Source: a virus
IMG/VR virus record: IMGVR_UViG_3300036770_008729
Location: 31,359 to 95,358 of that record
DNA length: 64,000 bases
Strand: one strand, 5' to 3'
This document shows positions 46,851 through 56,840 of this stretch, one piece after another (position 1 is the stretch's first letter; the number at the start of each line of letters is the position of its first letter). The position numbers were made by a program, and so were the translations under genes. The notes beneath the pieces are model-generated. The model did no database searches. It was given only the letters and a program-made list of their open reading frames with translations, and was not told where the DNA came from.

Positions 46851-47336
46851 TTAATAATTGAATTTTAAAAGTTTTTTTACGTTATTTGAATTGTAGAATT
46901 CATAAGTTACATTCTTATCTACAATTTTATGTATATCTAATTTATCTATTTCTATTTTTATAGCATCAATATATTCAATTAACTCTTTAAGAGCTTTGGC
47001 GTAAGTTGAGCTTGGTTCCCAATAATCAGGAAACTTATCTACAAACTTCTCAACAGCAGAATCGAAAGTCCTTTTTCTAACAAGTAATAAATCTTTTTCT
47101 TTAATTGATTTGTTGGTTAAAAATTCCATGACATAAGTATTGAATCTATGAATAAGATTATCAGTTTCAATTACTTTCAAAAGACCCATAACAAGAGCAT
47201 CTCTTTCAGATATTTCTAATTCTTTATTTTCTTTTAGTATTTTTTCGGCTTCTTTTTCAGAACCAACTATGTAGTAAACATAATTGTCCCATAAGCACCT
47301 TTTAACAATGTCTTCAGCATGCAGAGTTATTTTCAT
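46851..47336 (-). CDS. hypothetical protein
   Basis: 161-aa ORF. Confidence 0.3.
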   Translation of the reverse strand: MKITLHAEDIVKRCLWDNYVYYIVGSEKEAEKILKENKELEISERDALVMGLLKVIETDNLIHRFNTYVMEFLTNKSIKEKDLLLVRKRTFDSAVEKFVDKFPDYWEPSSTYAKALKELIEYIDAIKIEIDKLDIHKIVDKNVTYEFYNSNNVKKLLKFNY

Positions 47337-47459
47337 GTATAAATTTATTTTTTTATTTTATAGGTTTTTAATAAAAAAAGTTGATTTTTTCTAAAATTTA
47401 TGAATATATAACTTACTCTAATTCTAAAGATTAGAGACAAAAAAAATAACTTATATGAA

Positions 47460-47693
47460 TTGAAGAAACTTGTAAATTCCGAAGTAGATACACCGACAGG
47501 TAAGGCTACTCTAAGCGAAATTTATGTCACTGAACTTGGTTTCATTATGGCTAAAATTTATTATCCTAAAACTAAAGCTTGGATAAATCACAAAATAGGA
47601 GATTTGGATAACCTTCTAAAAGATATAAATGTATCTACCAAGTCTGGAATTATGAGAAAAATGAAAATAGATTTTAAGAAAGAGTTGATTTAA
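47460..47693 (+). CDS. hypothetical protein
   Basis: 77-aa ORF followed by a terminator. Confidence 0.3.
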   Translation: MKKLVNSEVDTPTGKATLSEIYVTELGFIMAKIYYPKTKAWINHKIGDLDNLLKDINVSTKSGIMRKMKIDFKKELI

Positions 47694-47708
47694 TCAACTC
47701 TTTTTTTA
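47681..47708 (+). terminator. rho-independent terminator
   Basis: AGAGTTGAtttaaTCAACTCTttttttt. The stop codon lies in the loop. Confidence 0.55.
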
Positions 47709-47730
47709 TACATCGCTACTATTAGATCCT

Positions 47731-48153
47731 TTAAGCATTAAAACCTGGTGGATCTATAAACAATTCTAAATTGGTGATATACCAATACTCTTCAAAGTCT
47801 TTTAATCTCTGTATATCAACTTTAAATCTATTCAATGATTCTAGAGATGTTCCCCAATAACCATAGGCATTTCCTTTACTACCATGTTTTTCTATAACAT
47901 CTATCATTCTTAGAATAGTAGGTTTAACTTCAATCCAATAAGTAGATTTAGGGAAAATAAATTTGAATGTGTAAATTGCAATTCCATAGAATCTATCACA
48001 CTCACACTTTACCTCACCTCCAGAAATAGGTTCATCTGTAAGTTCTCTACATATATCAACTAAATCTGAAAAAAGATTATCATTTAAATCTAAAAGATCT
48101 GGTCTAGTCAAAGTTAAAGATTCAAACTGATTATAACTTTTTATTCTTTTCAT
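47731..48153 (-). CDS. CTS-motif family protein
   Basis: N-terminus MKRIKSYNQFE|S. TATATATTAA box 6-15 nt upstream, plus strand 48159-48168. Confidence 0.5.
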   Translation of the reverse strand: MKRIKSYNQFESLTLTRPDLLDLNDNLFSDLVDICRELTDEPISGGEVKCECDRFYGIAIYTFKFIFPKSTYWIEVKPTILRMIDVIEKHGSKGNAYGYWGTSLESLNRFKVDIQRLKDFEEYWYITNLELFIDPPGFNA

Positions 48154-48158
48154 ATTTT

Positions 48159-48168
48159 TATATATTAA
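48159..48168 (-). promoter_or_regulatory. TTAATATATA box
   Basis: Minus strand reads TTTATTAATATATAAAAA directly upstream of the 48153 start. Confidence 0.3.
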
Positions 48169-48190
48169 TAAAATTTATTATATTTGTGGT

Positions 48191-48607
48191 ATGATAAACG
48201 AAACAAAAATCAAACGCATACAGGATAAAATTAAGTTAGCAATCTCCAAAATTGAACAAGAAGAAAATGTTAAAATTGATTTTAATTCTGTTAGATTTAA
48301 TGTTGCTCAATACACAACTCAAATGTCGGTTAAAACATTAGATAAGACTGAAAAGGTTGATAATGTCTTTAAAGCTATGTGTTCAAGGCTTGGTTTTACT
48401 CAAAATATTATTGGAATGAAATTTGACGGACCAAATGGTATTTACGAAATTATAGATATACAAACTAAAAATAGAAAGTATCCAGTAATTGCTGTTGCAC
48501 CAAGTGGAACAAGGTATAAATACTCAGTTGCTCATATCAAAAAACTTATCGGTGGTGATAAGATTATAAATAGAAACGCAAATTTAGACAAACTAATAGA
48601 TGGATAA
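48191..48607 (+). CDS. hypothetical protein
   Basis: 138-aa ORF. Confidence 0.3.
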   Translation: MINETKIKRIQDKIKLAISKIEQEENVKIDFNSVRFNVAQYTTQMSVKTLDKTEKVDNVFKAMCSRLGFTQNIIGMKFDGPNGIYEIIDIQTKNRKYPVIAVAPSGTRYKYSVAHIKKLIGGDKIINRNANLDKLIDG

Positions 48608-48833
48608 TATATCATATAAAGTAGCAAATGGTAAACTCTATAAGCAATCTAAAGAACTAAATTTAGAATTTCTTTATGAGACTCAAGAAGATGTTTATTT
48701 TTGTTTAGAAAAAGATGATACTACTTATTATTTATCTGAGAGTTTAATCACCGGAAAGATTACTGTATCTGATGAGCATAGTAATGTATATCCTGGTGAT
48801 AGAATGTTAAACTTACTTAAATTAAAAATATGA
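48600..48833 (+). CDS. hypothetical protein
   Basis: 77-aa ORF coupled to the adenylate kinase gene. Confidence 0.25.
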   Translation: MDNISYKVANGKLYKQSKELNLEFLYETQEDVYFCLEKDDTTYYLSESLITGKITVSDEHSNVYPGDRMLNLLKLKI

Positions 48834-49417
48834 ATATAATAATACTTGGTCCTCCTGGTAGTGGTAAAGGAACCGTTTGTGAAAGACTTGTAAAAGATTT
48901 TGATTATCAACTAATCTGTGCTGGTGATATTTTAAGAAATGAAAAATCATCTGGTTCGGTTTTAGGTAACAAAATTGCCGAAATAATTGATAAAGGTAAT
49001 TTAGTTCCTGATCAATTGATAACTTCTTTAATATTCAAAGAGTTTGAAAAACCAATTCGACTCGGTAGAAGTTACTTAATTGATGGATATCCAAGAACAG
49101 AAAAACAAGCTTTAGATTTAGACTCGATGATTAATGTCCCTATTGTTATTTGGTTAGAAGTTTCAGATGAAACAACTATAAAAAGAAATTTGAAAAGAGG
49201 ATTAACATCTGGGCGACCTGATGATGCAAATGAGGAAATTATAAAACAAAGATTAGAGAATTATAAAAAACAATCCTTACCTTTGAAATCTTTCTATTCT
49301 GATATGATAGTAGAAATAGATGGAGAAGGAACAATTGAAGAGGTTTATAAAAGAGTAGTTGATACTCTTTTTGAAGATGTAAAAGAAATGAAAGATATTG
49401 AAGATATATTAGAATGA
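48830..49417 (+). CDS. adk: adenylate kinase
   Basis: IILGPPGSGKGT P-loop. AGDILRNE matches the stGD(l)LR NMP-binding motif. RGLTSGRPDD lid arginines. Confidence 0.8.
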   Translation: MNIIILGPPGSGKGTVCERLVKDFDYQLICAGDILRNEKSSGSVLGNKIAEIIDKGNLVPDQLITSLIFKEFEKPIRLGRSYLIDGYPRTEKQALDLDSMINVPIVIWLEVSDETTIKRNLKRGLTSGRPDDANEEIIKQRLENYKKQSLPLKSFYSDMIVEIDGEGTIEEVYKRVVDTLFEDVKEMKDIEDILE

Positions 49418-50682
49418 ATATTAAGAGATACATACCAACCTATGAAGAAGCTGTAGAGTTATCCTCTTTTTCTATGTCACCTTTTTATGAGACTAAATTG
49501 GTGGTTGATGGTTATAATGTGTCTTTATTTAACTATCGCTTGGCAAACTATGGTGATTTCAAAAATCCACTTCCCGGTAAAGAAGGATTTGAAATGAGAG
49601 GTCTTACTTTTGTATTCAATACTGATGGTTCTCTATACAAAAGATATATCTTATTACATAAATTTTTCAACTTAAATCAAACTGAAGATTCTCTTTATTC
49701 GGAAGTAAAAGATTTAAAAATTAAAACTATACAGAATAAAGAAGATGGTTCTATTGCTTCTTTTGTAAAACTACCTAATGGTAGAGTAGTTGGTAAAACT
49801 AAAATGGGATTTGATAATCTTCAATCTGAGGCAATCAATAGAATCTATAATTCTAACAAAGAACTAAAGAAATTTGTTAATTGGTCATTAGATAATGATA
49901 TAGTTTCAATTTTCGAATATGTGTCACCATCTAACAGAATTGTTTTAAAATATAATAAAGAAGAATTAATACTTCTTAAACTTCGTTGTAATAAAACTGG
50001 TAAGTATTTAAATATGCCTGATTATACTTTTCAGATCGGTAATTTAAAAGTGGCTGAGTTTGAAATGTCTACTACTTTAGATGACGTTTTAAAACTTAAT
50101 GAAACTGAAATTGACAAAGAAGGTAGGGTAATTCATTTTGAAGGAGACCATTTTGTTAAAGTAAAGAATAATTGGTATGTATCATTACATGGATTACTTA
50201 CTGAAGACATCTATAAAGAAAATGTTATTATTTCAAACATCTTAGATGATAAGATAGATGATATAATTGGTCAGATACCACAAGATGATACCTATACTCA
50301 TAACAGAATTAATAAAATAATCTCTATTGTGAAAAAGTCGGTCAATGACAAAGTGTCAGAAATAAATGACGCTTATCTACATTTTGTCAATTTAGGTATA
50401 TCTAAAAAAGATTATGCTATCAATTACAGAATTGATAATGATAACTTTGTTTTTGTTATGAATATGATAAAGCATAATGAATTGAAATCTCTTTCTGAAA
50501 AAGAAGTAATTGACATTTATAAAGATTATGATTCTTATGAGAAATCTTTAATAAGAACTGATGTTTGGGAAATGGCTAAAGAGTTTATTAGAGATAAAAC
50601 CAAAAGACTATTGATTGCTAGAGATTGGTTAAAGGAAAAAGACGATAATTTATTTTTTATAGATTTAGAAGGTGATAACTAA
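49414..50682 (+). CDS. T4 Rnl1-like RNA ligase
   Basis: KEDGSIASF is the nucleotidyltransferase Lys motif, as T4 Rnl1 K99 KEDGSL. KFFNLNQ, FEYVSPSNRIVLKY and HFVKVKNNWYVSLH parallel T4 Rnl1 KFFNLNE, FEFVAPTNRIVLAY and FKIKSDWYVSLH. Confidence 0.8.
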   Translation: MNIKRYIPTYEEAVELSSFSMSPFYETKLVVDGYNVSLFNYRLANYGDFKNPLPGKEGFEMRGLTFVFNTDGSLYKRYILLHKFFNLNQTEDSLYSEVKDLKIKTIQNKEDGSIASFVKLPNGRVVGKTKMGFDNLQSEAINRIYNSNKELKKFVNWSLDNDIVSIFEYVSPSNRIVLKYNKEELILLKLRCNKTGKYLNMPDYTFQIGNLKVAEFEMSTTLDDVLKLNETEIDKEGRVIHFEGDHFVKVKNNWYVSLHGLLTEDIYKENVIISNILDDKIDDIIGQIPQDDTYTHNRINKIISIVKKSVNDKVSEINDAYLHFVNLGISKKDYAINYRIDNDNFVFVMNMIKHNELKSLSEKEVIDIYKDYDSYEKSLIRTDVWEMAKEFIRDKTKRLLIARDWLKEKDDNLFFIDLEGDN

Positions 50683-50747
50683 TATATAGTTAATGAAACT
50701 ATTTAAATTAATTTTATCACCTTTTACTTATTATATCTTTAAAAGAA

Positions 50748-50933
50748 TTGAATCAAGAAAAAATTTCTAATATGAAGAAGATTAAAAGGTATAAAGATTT
50801 TAACAAAAAAAGAAAAAGAACTATCATTAAAAAAGTTAGTGATGGTCCGTATGGTTGGATTCCAAATTTTGACAGAAATTCTCCAGCACCTGAATCAAAA
50901 TATGCGGTCAATATTGTTCCAGTTAAAATTTAA
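50748..50933 (+). CDS. small basic hypothetical protein
   Basis: 61-aa K/R-rich ORF in the intergenic space. Weak call. Confidence 0.2.
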   Translation: MNQEKISNMKKIKRYKDFNKKRKRTIIKKVSDGPYGWIPNFDRNSPAPESKYAVNIVPVKI

Positions 50934-51049
50934 TTTTTTTATAAACCTTTTAATTTTCTTTTTATATAACCTTTCATCAGTAATAAAAACAGTGTTTCCA
51001 AAACTTTGGTACACTATTTGATATAACAACAATAAAAAACAAAAAAACT

Positions 51050-52915
51050 ATGAGTAAAATTATTGGTATAGACTTAGGGAGTTACAACTCCGCAGTATCA
51101 GTTTACGAAGGAACTGAAGTAAAAATCATTCCTAATTCCGAGGGTGGATTAACCACTCCTTCTTATGTAGCATTTACAAAAGATGGTATTAAAGTTGGTG
51201 AACCTGCTAAAAGACAAGCAGCCGTTAATCCAGAAAAAACAATTTTTAACATTAAGCGTTTAATGGGTAAAACTTGGGAACAAGTTAAAGACCTTAAAAG
51301 ACCTTATAAAATTGTTAATTCTAATGGAAGACCTGGAGTTAAGATTGATGATAAGACCTATTCACCCGAAGAAATCTCAGCGATGATTATTCAGAAAATG
51401 AAAAAAACTGCTGAAGACTTTTTAGGACACGAAGTTAAAAAGGCTATCATTACAGTTCCTGCTCACTTTAATTCAGAAGAAAGACAAGCAACTAAACTTG
51501 CTGGTGAAATTGCTGGTCTTGAAGTAGAGCGTGTAATTGCCGAACCAACAGCTGCTATTTTGAATGTTGATTCAAAATCAGAAAAGAAGTATGCAGTTTA
51601 TGACTTTGGTGGATGTACAATGGACTTGTCTATTGTAGATGTAGCTGATGGGGTGTTTGAAATTCTATCGACAGATGGTGATTTGGATTTAGGTGGTTCT
51701 TTGATTGATGAGAAAATCGTTAATTGGATAGCTGATGAATTCCAAAAGTCAGAGGGTCAAGATTTAAGAAAAGATCCTATGGCTCATCAAAGATTGTTTG
51801 AGGCGGCTGAAAAAGCAAAGATTGAATTATCCGGTTCGCAGACCGCGGAAATCAATTTGCCTTACATTACATCTATCGATGGAGTTCCTAAACACTTAGT
51901 AAACTCCTTATCTAGATCAAAGTTTGAGCAATTGATTGATGATATCGTTGAAAGAACAATTGACAAAGCAAAATCTGCACTTAAATCCTCTGGATTAAAA
52001 GTTGGTCAGATTGATGAAGTTTTGTTAGTTGGTGGTTCATCAAGAATTCCTTTAGCTCAAGATAAGTTAGAAAAACTTTTTGGTAAGAAACCATCTAAGT
52101 CACTTAACCCTGACACTTGTGTATCAACTGGTGCTACAATTCAAGGTGGTGTTATTACAGGTAATGTAACAGATGTTTTATTACTTGATGTTCTTCCTAT
52201 CTCATTAGGTATTGAAACAATGGGTGGAGTTCTTACTAAATTAGTTGAAGCTAACACAACGATTCCGACTCGTAAATCGGAAACATTCTCAACGGCGTCT
52301 GATAATCAACCATCAGTAGAAATTAATGTTATACAAGGTGAGCGTCCAATGGCTAAAGATAATAAGTCATTAGGAAGATTTCACTTAGATGGTATTATGC
52401 CAGCACCTCGTGGAGTTCCTCAAGTAGAAGTAACTTTTGATATCTCAGCTGATGGTATTCTTTCAGTATCAGCGAGAGATAAGGCTACCGGTAAAGAGAA
52501 TAAGATTCGAATTGAAGGTAGTTCTAAACTTTCTAAAGAGGAAATCGAAAGAATGAAGGCAGAAGCTGAAGCTAACGCTGAGGTTGACCGCCTTGAAAAA
52601 GAAAAGGTTGAAAAGCTGAATATGGCTGATAGTATGATTTTCCAAACAGAAAAACAGATTAAGGAATTTTCAGACAAATTATCTGATGAAGATAAGAACT
52701 CTATCAACACTGATCTTGCAGCTCTTAAAGAAGTCCATTCTAGTAAAGAAATTGAAAAGATTGACGAAGCTATTAAGAAGCTAAATGAAACTTGGACTGC
52801 TATAAGCACTAAAATGTATCAAGCAACTCAAGAACAACCACAACCGGAGTCAAATCCTAACTCTGGTGATGGAGGAGATAATGTCCAAGATACAACTTTC
52901 GAAGAGGTTAAGTAA
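51050..52915 (+). CDS. dnaK: Hsp70 chaperone DnaK (divergent)
   Basis: [83 protein letters not shown] and C-terminal lid. These are canonical Hsp70 blocks with unusual substitutions (GCTMD for GGTFD). Confidence 0.85.
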   Translation: MSKIIGIDLGSYNSAVSVYEGTEVKIIPNSEGGLTTPSYVAFTKDGIKVGEPAKRQAAVNPEKTIFNIKRLMGKTWEQVKDLKRPYKIVNSNGRPGVKIDDKTYSPEEISAMIIQKMKKTAEDFLGHEVKKAIITVPAHFNSEERQATKLAGEIAGLEVERVIAEPTAAILNVDSKSEKKYAVYDFGGCTMDLSIVDVADGVFEILSTDGDLDLGGSLIDEKIVNWIADEFQKSEGQDLRKDPMAHQRLFEAAEKAKIELSGSQTAEINLPYITSIDGVPKHLVNSLSRSKFEQLIDDIVERTIDKAKSALKSSGLKVGQIDEVLLVGGSSRIPLAQDKLEKLFGKKPSKSLNPDTCVSTGATIQGGVITGNVTDVLLLDVLPISLGIETMGGVLTKLVEANTTIPTRKSETFSTASDNQPSVEINVIQGERPMAKDNKSLGRFHLDGIMPAPRGVPQVEVTFDISADGILSVSARDKATGKENKIRIEGSSKLSKEEIERMKAEAEANAEVDRLEKEKVEKLNMADSMIFQTEKQIKEFSDKLSDEDKNSINTDLAALKEVHSSKEIEKIDEAIKKLNETWTAISTKMYQATQEQPQPESNPNSGDGGDNVQDTTFEEVK

Positions 52916-53029
52916 TGTCTACTTTTAGGTCGTAAGTCAGGAAAAGGAACGGAACTGAAACCTCTTAGAAATAAGGTAAGGAAACGAATGTAAAAAGCCT
53001 GATGTTTTGACCCCGTTCAGTTAAAGACA

Positions 53030-53068
53030 TGAAAGACAAAACCCAGTCAATGACTGGGTTTTTTTATT
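53030..53068 (+). terminator. rho-independent terminator
   Basis: aaaaCCCAGTCAaTGACTGGGtttttttatt after dnaK and before the convergent gene. Confidence 0.6.
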
Positions 53069-53071
53069 AAA

Positions 53072-54313
53072 TTAATCTGATGAATATTCATCGTATCCAC
53101 CACCAGTGTCTCTTAATTCTTTACCACTACCTTTTTCATAATTATAAAGACATCCATCATCATCATTAAGATAAGACATAGTATCTAAATAAGGATATTG
53201 ACTAAAATCTGAATCCTCTAAAACAACTTTTATCCTACACTTTTTAGTAGTTTTTCCATCTGTAATTGATTCATATTGATCCATATTTTGATTTCTTTTC
53301 CACCAGAATCCTTGTTTTTCAGCAAATTGTTTGAATAATTCAACATCAGAATCTTGCATAGTATAAATTCTATCCATAAACTTTGCAGGTGTTCCATCAA
53401 TTAAACAATTCCAAAGAATTGCTCTGCCTTTGATTTTTTCAGCAGTATATTTTTCACCTTCAATTTTACCATCATCTCCATAAAGTATCACTAATGAAAC
53501 ATTTGAATTTTCTGTGTAGATTTGAAAATATTCTTTTTCAACGTCAGCCATACAAGAATTAGCAAGTGTCCCACCACCTTTTACATATCTATTATTGTCA
53601 TACCAATAAGCAATATCATCACCTGTAGCTATATCAAATTGTTTAAGAATATCTTTTGCAAAGTCATAAGTCGCTTTATATTGATTTGTAAAATCTTCAA
53701 TTTCTTTATCTGAAAATGTTATTTTAGCTGATCCTAATACTGCTCTAACTAATCTACCAATTCTAATTGGATTTCTAGATGTATTCCAAAGTCTCATATC
53801 TTCAGCTTCTGTTGGTTCCATCGCTACTTTATTGATAACACCTACTCTTGGATTATCAACACCATATTCTTGAAACATAACATAAATATTACCAGAACTT
53901 TGACTAACAGTTTCACCAGTGATGATACCTATTGTTCCTGATTCGGGTGCCCAACATCCATATTTATCTTTATCATATCCTAAGGCTCTAAATAATCGAT
54001 TATTGCCTGTACTATTTGTTAAGTATCTTCCGGATTCAATAATTTTCCAAGTCTCAGGTCTATCTTTTGTAAGTTCTTGAACTTTTCTATCTGGAGTAAA
54101 ACTTACCTCTTCTTTATTGTCTGTTATATCGATATAATTTTGTGTAAGTTTATCAACTTCTTTGTGATAAAGATTAAGTAAATCATTAGCAATTTTATTT
54201 GATTTCATTCTATTCAAAAGATTAATAAATTTCTTTGAATAAATTAATTTCGATTCTAGTAATAGTTCATACAATTTACTTTCTGTAATATATTCTTGAT
54301 ATCTTTTAATCAT
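53072..54313 (-). CDS. CTS-motif family protein (413 aa)
   Basis: N-terminus MIKRYQEYITE|S. Large body of unknown function. Confidence 0.5.
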   Translation of the reverse strand: MIKRYQEYITESKLYELLLESKLIYSKKFINLLNRMKSNKIANDLLNLYHKEVDKLTQNYIDITDNKEEVSFTPDRKVQELTKDRPETWKIIESGRYLTNSTGNNRLFRALGYDKDKYGCWAPESGTIGIITGETVSQSSGNIYVMFQEYGVDNPRVGVINKVAMEPTEAEDMRLWNTSRNPIRIGRLVRAVLGSAKITFSDKEIEDFTNQYKATYDFAKDILKQFDIATGDDIAYWYDNNRYVKGGGTLANSCMADVEKEYFQIYTENSNVSLVILYGDDGKIEGEKYTAEKIKGRAILWNCLIDGTPAKFMDRIYTMQDSDVELFKQFAEKQGFWWKRNQNMDQYESITDGKTTKKCRIKVVLEDSDFSQYPYLDTMSYLNDDDGCLYNYEKGSGKELRDTGGGYDEYSSD

Positions 54314-54403
54314 AAAAATAATTTTTTTACTATTTGTATATATTATTTTATCATTTTACAATAATTGATTTTTTAATCAAAAATATTTAAAAATATATAC
54401 ATC

Positions 54404-54664
54404 ATGAAAAAATTAGTTCAGTTCGCTATGAGAGATGAAATAATAAAACTTATCAAAATTCTTGGCATTGGGCTTACCGAATTAGTAATTGAGTTTCATT
54501 TGGATTGTGGTAATTTTGAGACTATTGAATATTCATCTGAAGATGACTCCTTACTACTTCACATTTTCAAAGATGAGGATTTAGATATAACTTTTGACTT
54601 TGATGATTTAAATGAAGAAGATCAGAAAAGAGTTTACATAACTTTAGCCGTGTTATACAATTAA
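54404..54664 (+). CDS. small acidic hypothetical protein
   Basis: 86-aa ORF with AAATATATAC upstream. Confidence 0.3.
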   Translation: MKKLVQFAMRDEIIKLIKILGIGLTELVIEFHLDCGNFETIEYSSEDDSLLLHIFKDEDLDITFDFDDLNEEDQKRVYITLAVLYN

Positions 54665-55674
54665 AGTGAATTAAGCATCTGAATTAGTTCTTTCTGTGGA
54701 AATACATCAAATTTATCTTGTCTAACCTGTGTATGACTTCTTAAACCACCATTAGTGAACCATTTGCTATCAAAATTAAACCAATTTTCATCATAAATAC
54801 CTTTTTCTATTTCAATTGCCCATTTGTTTTGTAGATATTTTATCAACTTATATGTGCTGTCAATTTGAGCATCTGTATATTTCTCATAATATTTATATCC
54901 TCTGAATGGTTTATCTAATTCAACAACTTCTGAATCATTTATTGGTTTATTTACATAATTATAGAATCTAGAGTCTTTTCCTAAAGTAAGTGGACCATAA
55001 TTACAAATTTCAATTCCTATTGATTTTGAGTTTAAATCTTCATTTTTTGATGAAGATATACCCAAGTGATACGCCCAAAACTTATCATCAAATGCTCTCA
55101 GTATTTTACCATCCCATAATACATCATCTGTTGATGATGATTTTCTTCCAATAACATAAGATGTTGCTACTTTAAGAGGTTTTGGATTTCCGTTTGAATC
55201 TAAGACAGGATTTCCATTTTTATCTTTTAGAAAATCTTTTTCCCAACCACCTATACTCCAATCAGGTCTTGATCCACCAGCGGTGTGATGTAAGTAGATT
55301 GTTTCTTTTCTAGTTTCTTTCTTGATATATTCTTCATCCGTTAAAAGATGGTCATATATTCTTAGTCCTGATTCACCTATATGTGATATTTGATTTGGAA
55401 TATCCACTAACTTTATTAGCTTAGGGGTATTTTGTTCTTTTATTGTCTTCTTTTTTTCATGATATCCAATTATATTACTCCAAGTAATTGGACCTACAAC
55501 ACCATCTGGTTTAAGATTTACATCTCTTTGAAAGTTTGTAACTGACAAAAGAGTATTTTGTCCAAAAAAACCATCAACTCTGTCTTTAAAAAATCCAAAC
55601 TCTTTTAATTTTGTTTGAAGAAACCTAACATCTTCTCCTGACATTTTAAGCATTATAACTCTTTGTAGTTTCAT
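54661..55674 (-). CDS. putative endolysin: peptidoglycan-binding domain plus amidase/peptidase domain
   Basis: N-terminal SGEDVRFLQTKLKEFGFF...DGFFGQNT...LKPDGVVGPIT matches the PG_binding_1 repeat. C-terminal IYLHHTAGG is suggestive of an amidase_2-type or related cell-wall hydrolase. Confidence 0.5.
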   Translation of the reverse strand: MKLQRVIMLKMSGEDVRFLQTKLKEFGFFKDRVDGFFGQNTLLSVTNFQRDVNLKPDGVVGPITWSNIIGYHEKKKTIKEQNTPKLIKLVDIPNQISHIGESGLRIYDHLLTDEEYIKKETRKETIYLHHTAGGSRPDWSIGGWEKDFLKDKNGNPVLDSNGNPKPLKVATSYVIGRKSSSTDDVLWDGKILRAFDDKFWAYHLGISSSKNEDLNSKSIGIEICNYGPLTLGKDSRFYNYVNKPINDSEVVELDKPFRGYKYYEKYTDAQIDSTYKLIKYLQNKWAIEIEKGIYDENWFNFDSKWFTNGGLRSHTQVRQDKFDVFPQKELIQMLNSL

Positions 55675-56189
55675 AAAGATTCTTTATTTTTATATCTTTC
55701 GTTTTGTTTTTTTTCTAAGTAAGCTTTCAAATCAGCATAAGAAACGTTACCAGGATTCTTCAAAATCATATCGGCATTTCCATCTGGTTTAGGTTCTAAT
55801 TTTCTTAGTTCTTCTTTTTTCACTCTTTCTTCATACTCTTCCTCAACTCCTTTTAGAATAAATCCTAAAAATGAATCAACTCCTTTTTCTGAAACTTTTT
55901 CTTCATCCCACTGAAATAGAAACTCTTCGAAATTTGAATTATAATATGCTGCAATTGTATTATCTTTCACATAGTGGTCAGTATAAAATCTGATGTCACC
56001 TACATTACCCTGTGCATAAAGTGTAGATTTGTATGTTGAATAATAAAAATTGGCAAACTTATCCTTATCACTAATCATTCTTTTACCATTTTTGTCCATA
56101 GTAGAGGAAAGTCCTAGATTTACACGGAAGTACTTACTTTGTTTAAATTTATTGATTGTATGATATCCTGCGACAATATGTAGTGCCAT
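55671..56189 (-). CDS. hypothetical protein
   Basis: 172-aa ORF coupled to the endolysin gene. Possible lysis-cassette partner. Confidence 0.3.
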   Translation of the reverse strand: MALHIVAGYHTINKFKQSKYFRVNLGLSSTMDKNGKRMISDKDKFANFYYSTYKSTLYAQGNVGDIRFYTDHYVKDNTIAAYYNSNFEEFLFQWDEEKVSEKGVDSFLGFILKGVEEEYEERVKKEELRKLEPKPDGNADMILKNPGNVSYADLKAYLEKKQNERYKNKESL

Positions 56190-56209
56190 ACATTATTTAT
56201 TAAAATGTA

Positions 56210-56824
56210 CTACTCCTCTTTATCTTCAGTTTCTATTCCTAAATCTTCTTTATCATCAAACTTTTCATCAAGTTCTATTTTTAGTTCAATTAGAAACTCT
56301 TCTTTAATTTTCTTAATTTCTACATTTTTGGTAATTTGTCCTATGATATCAAATGTATCAATATCATATTTTTTGAACTTTATATAACACTTTTGAATAT
56401 CATCTTCACTAAAGTCCTTATTAGGATCTTTTGAGATACCTTCTTTCAAATCAATCATTATGATTAATGTGTAAGTAGCCATATCATCAGAAAATTTAAC
56501 AGTGAGTGAATCATAAAGTTTAGAATATTTAGAAATTTCAGAACTTTCTAATCTTACTCCCAAATCTTTGAAAGACATTTTTTCCTCTTCACCTTCTTCT
56601 TCGCCCTGTTCTTTTGCCTTTTTTATACTTTTTTCTTTTTTAGATTTCTTTTCCTCATCAAAGATATCATTTTGTGGATCTATAAAATCAGCAGATTCCT
56701 CATCATCCTCTTCAAACATTCTATCAATTTTTCTTTTGATCTTCATCAAAGCCATAGAAATATATGACTCAGGAGTATCATTCATACCCTCATTGATAAA
56801 CTCTGTAAACTTTATTATTTTCAT
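56210..56824 (-). CDS. CTS-motif family protein, highly acidic
   Basis: N-terminus MKIIKFTEFINE|G. Long D/E/K-rich stretch (EDDEESADFIDP...EEGEEEKMSF). TATATATTAA box 7-16 nt upstream. Confidence 0.45.
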   Translation of the reverse strand: MKIIKFTEFINEGMNDTPESYISMALMKIKRKIDRMFEEDDEESADFIDPQNDIFDEEKKSKKEKSIKKAKEQGEEEGEEEKMSFKDLGVRLESSEISKYSKLYDSLTVKFSDDMATYTLIIMIDLKEGISKDPNKDFSEDDIQKCYIKFKKYDIDTFDIIGQITKNVEIKKIKEEFLIELKIELDEKFDDKEDLGIETEDKEE

Positions 56825-56830
56825 ATAATC

Positions 56831-56840
56831 TATATATTAA
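56831..56840 (-). promoter_or_regulatory. TTTAATATATA box
   Basis: Minus strand reads GATTTTAATATATAGATTAT directly upstream of the 56824 start. Confidence 0.3.
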
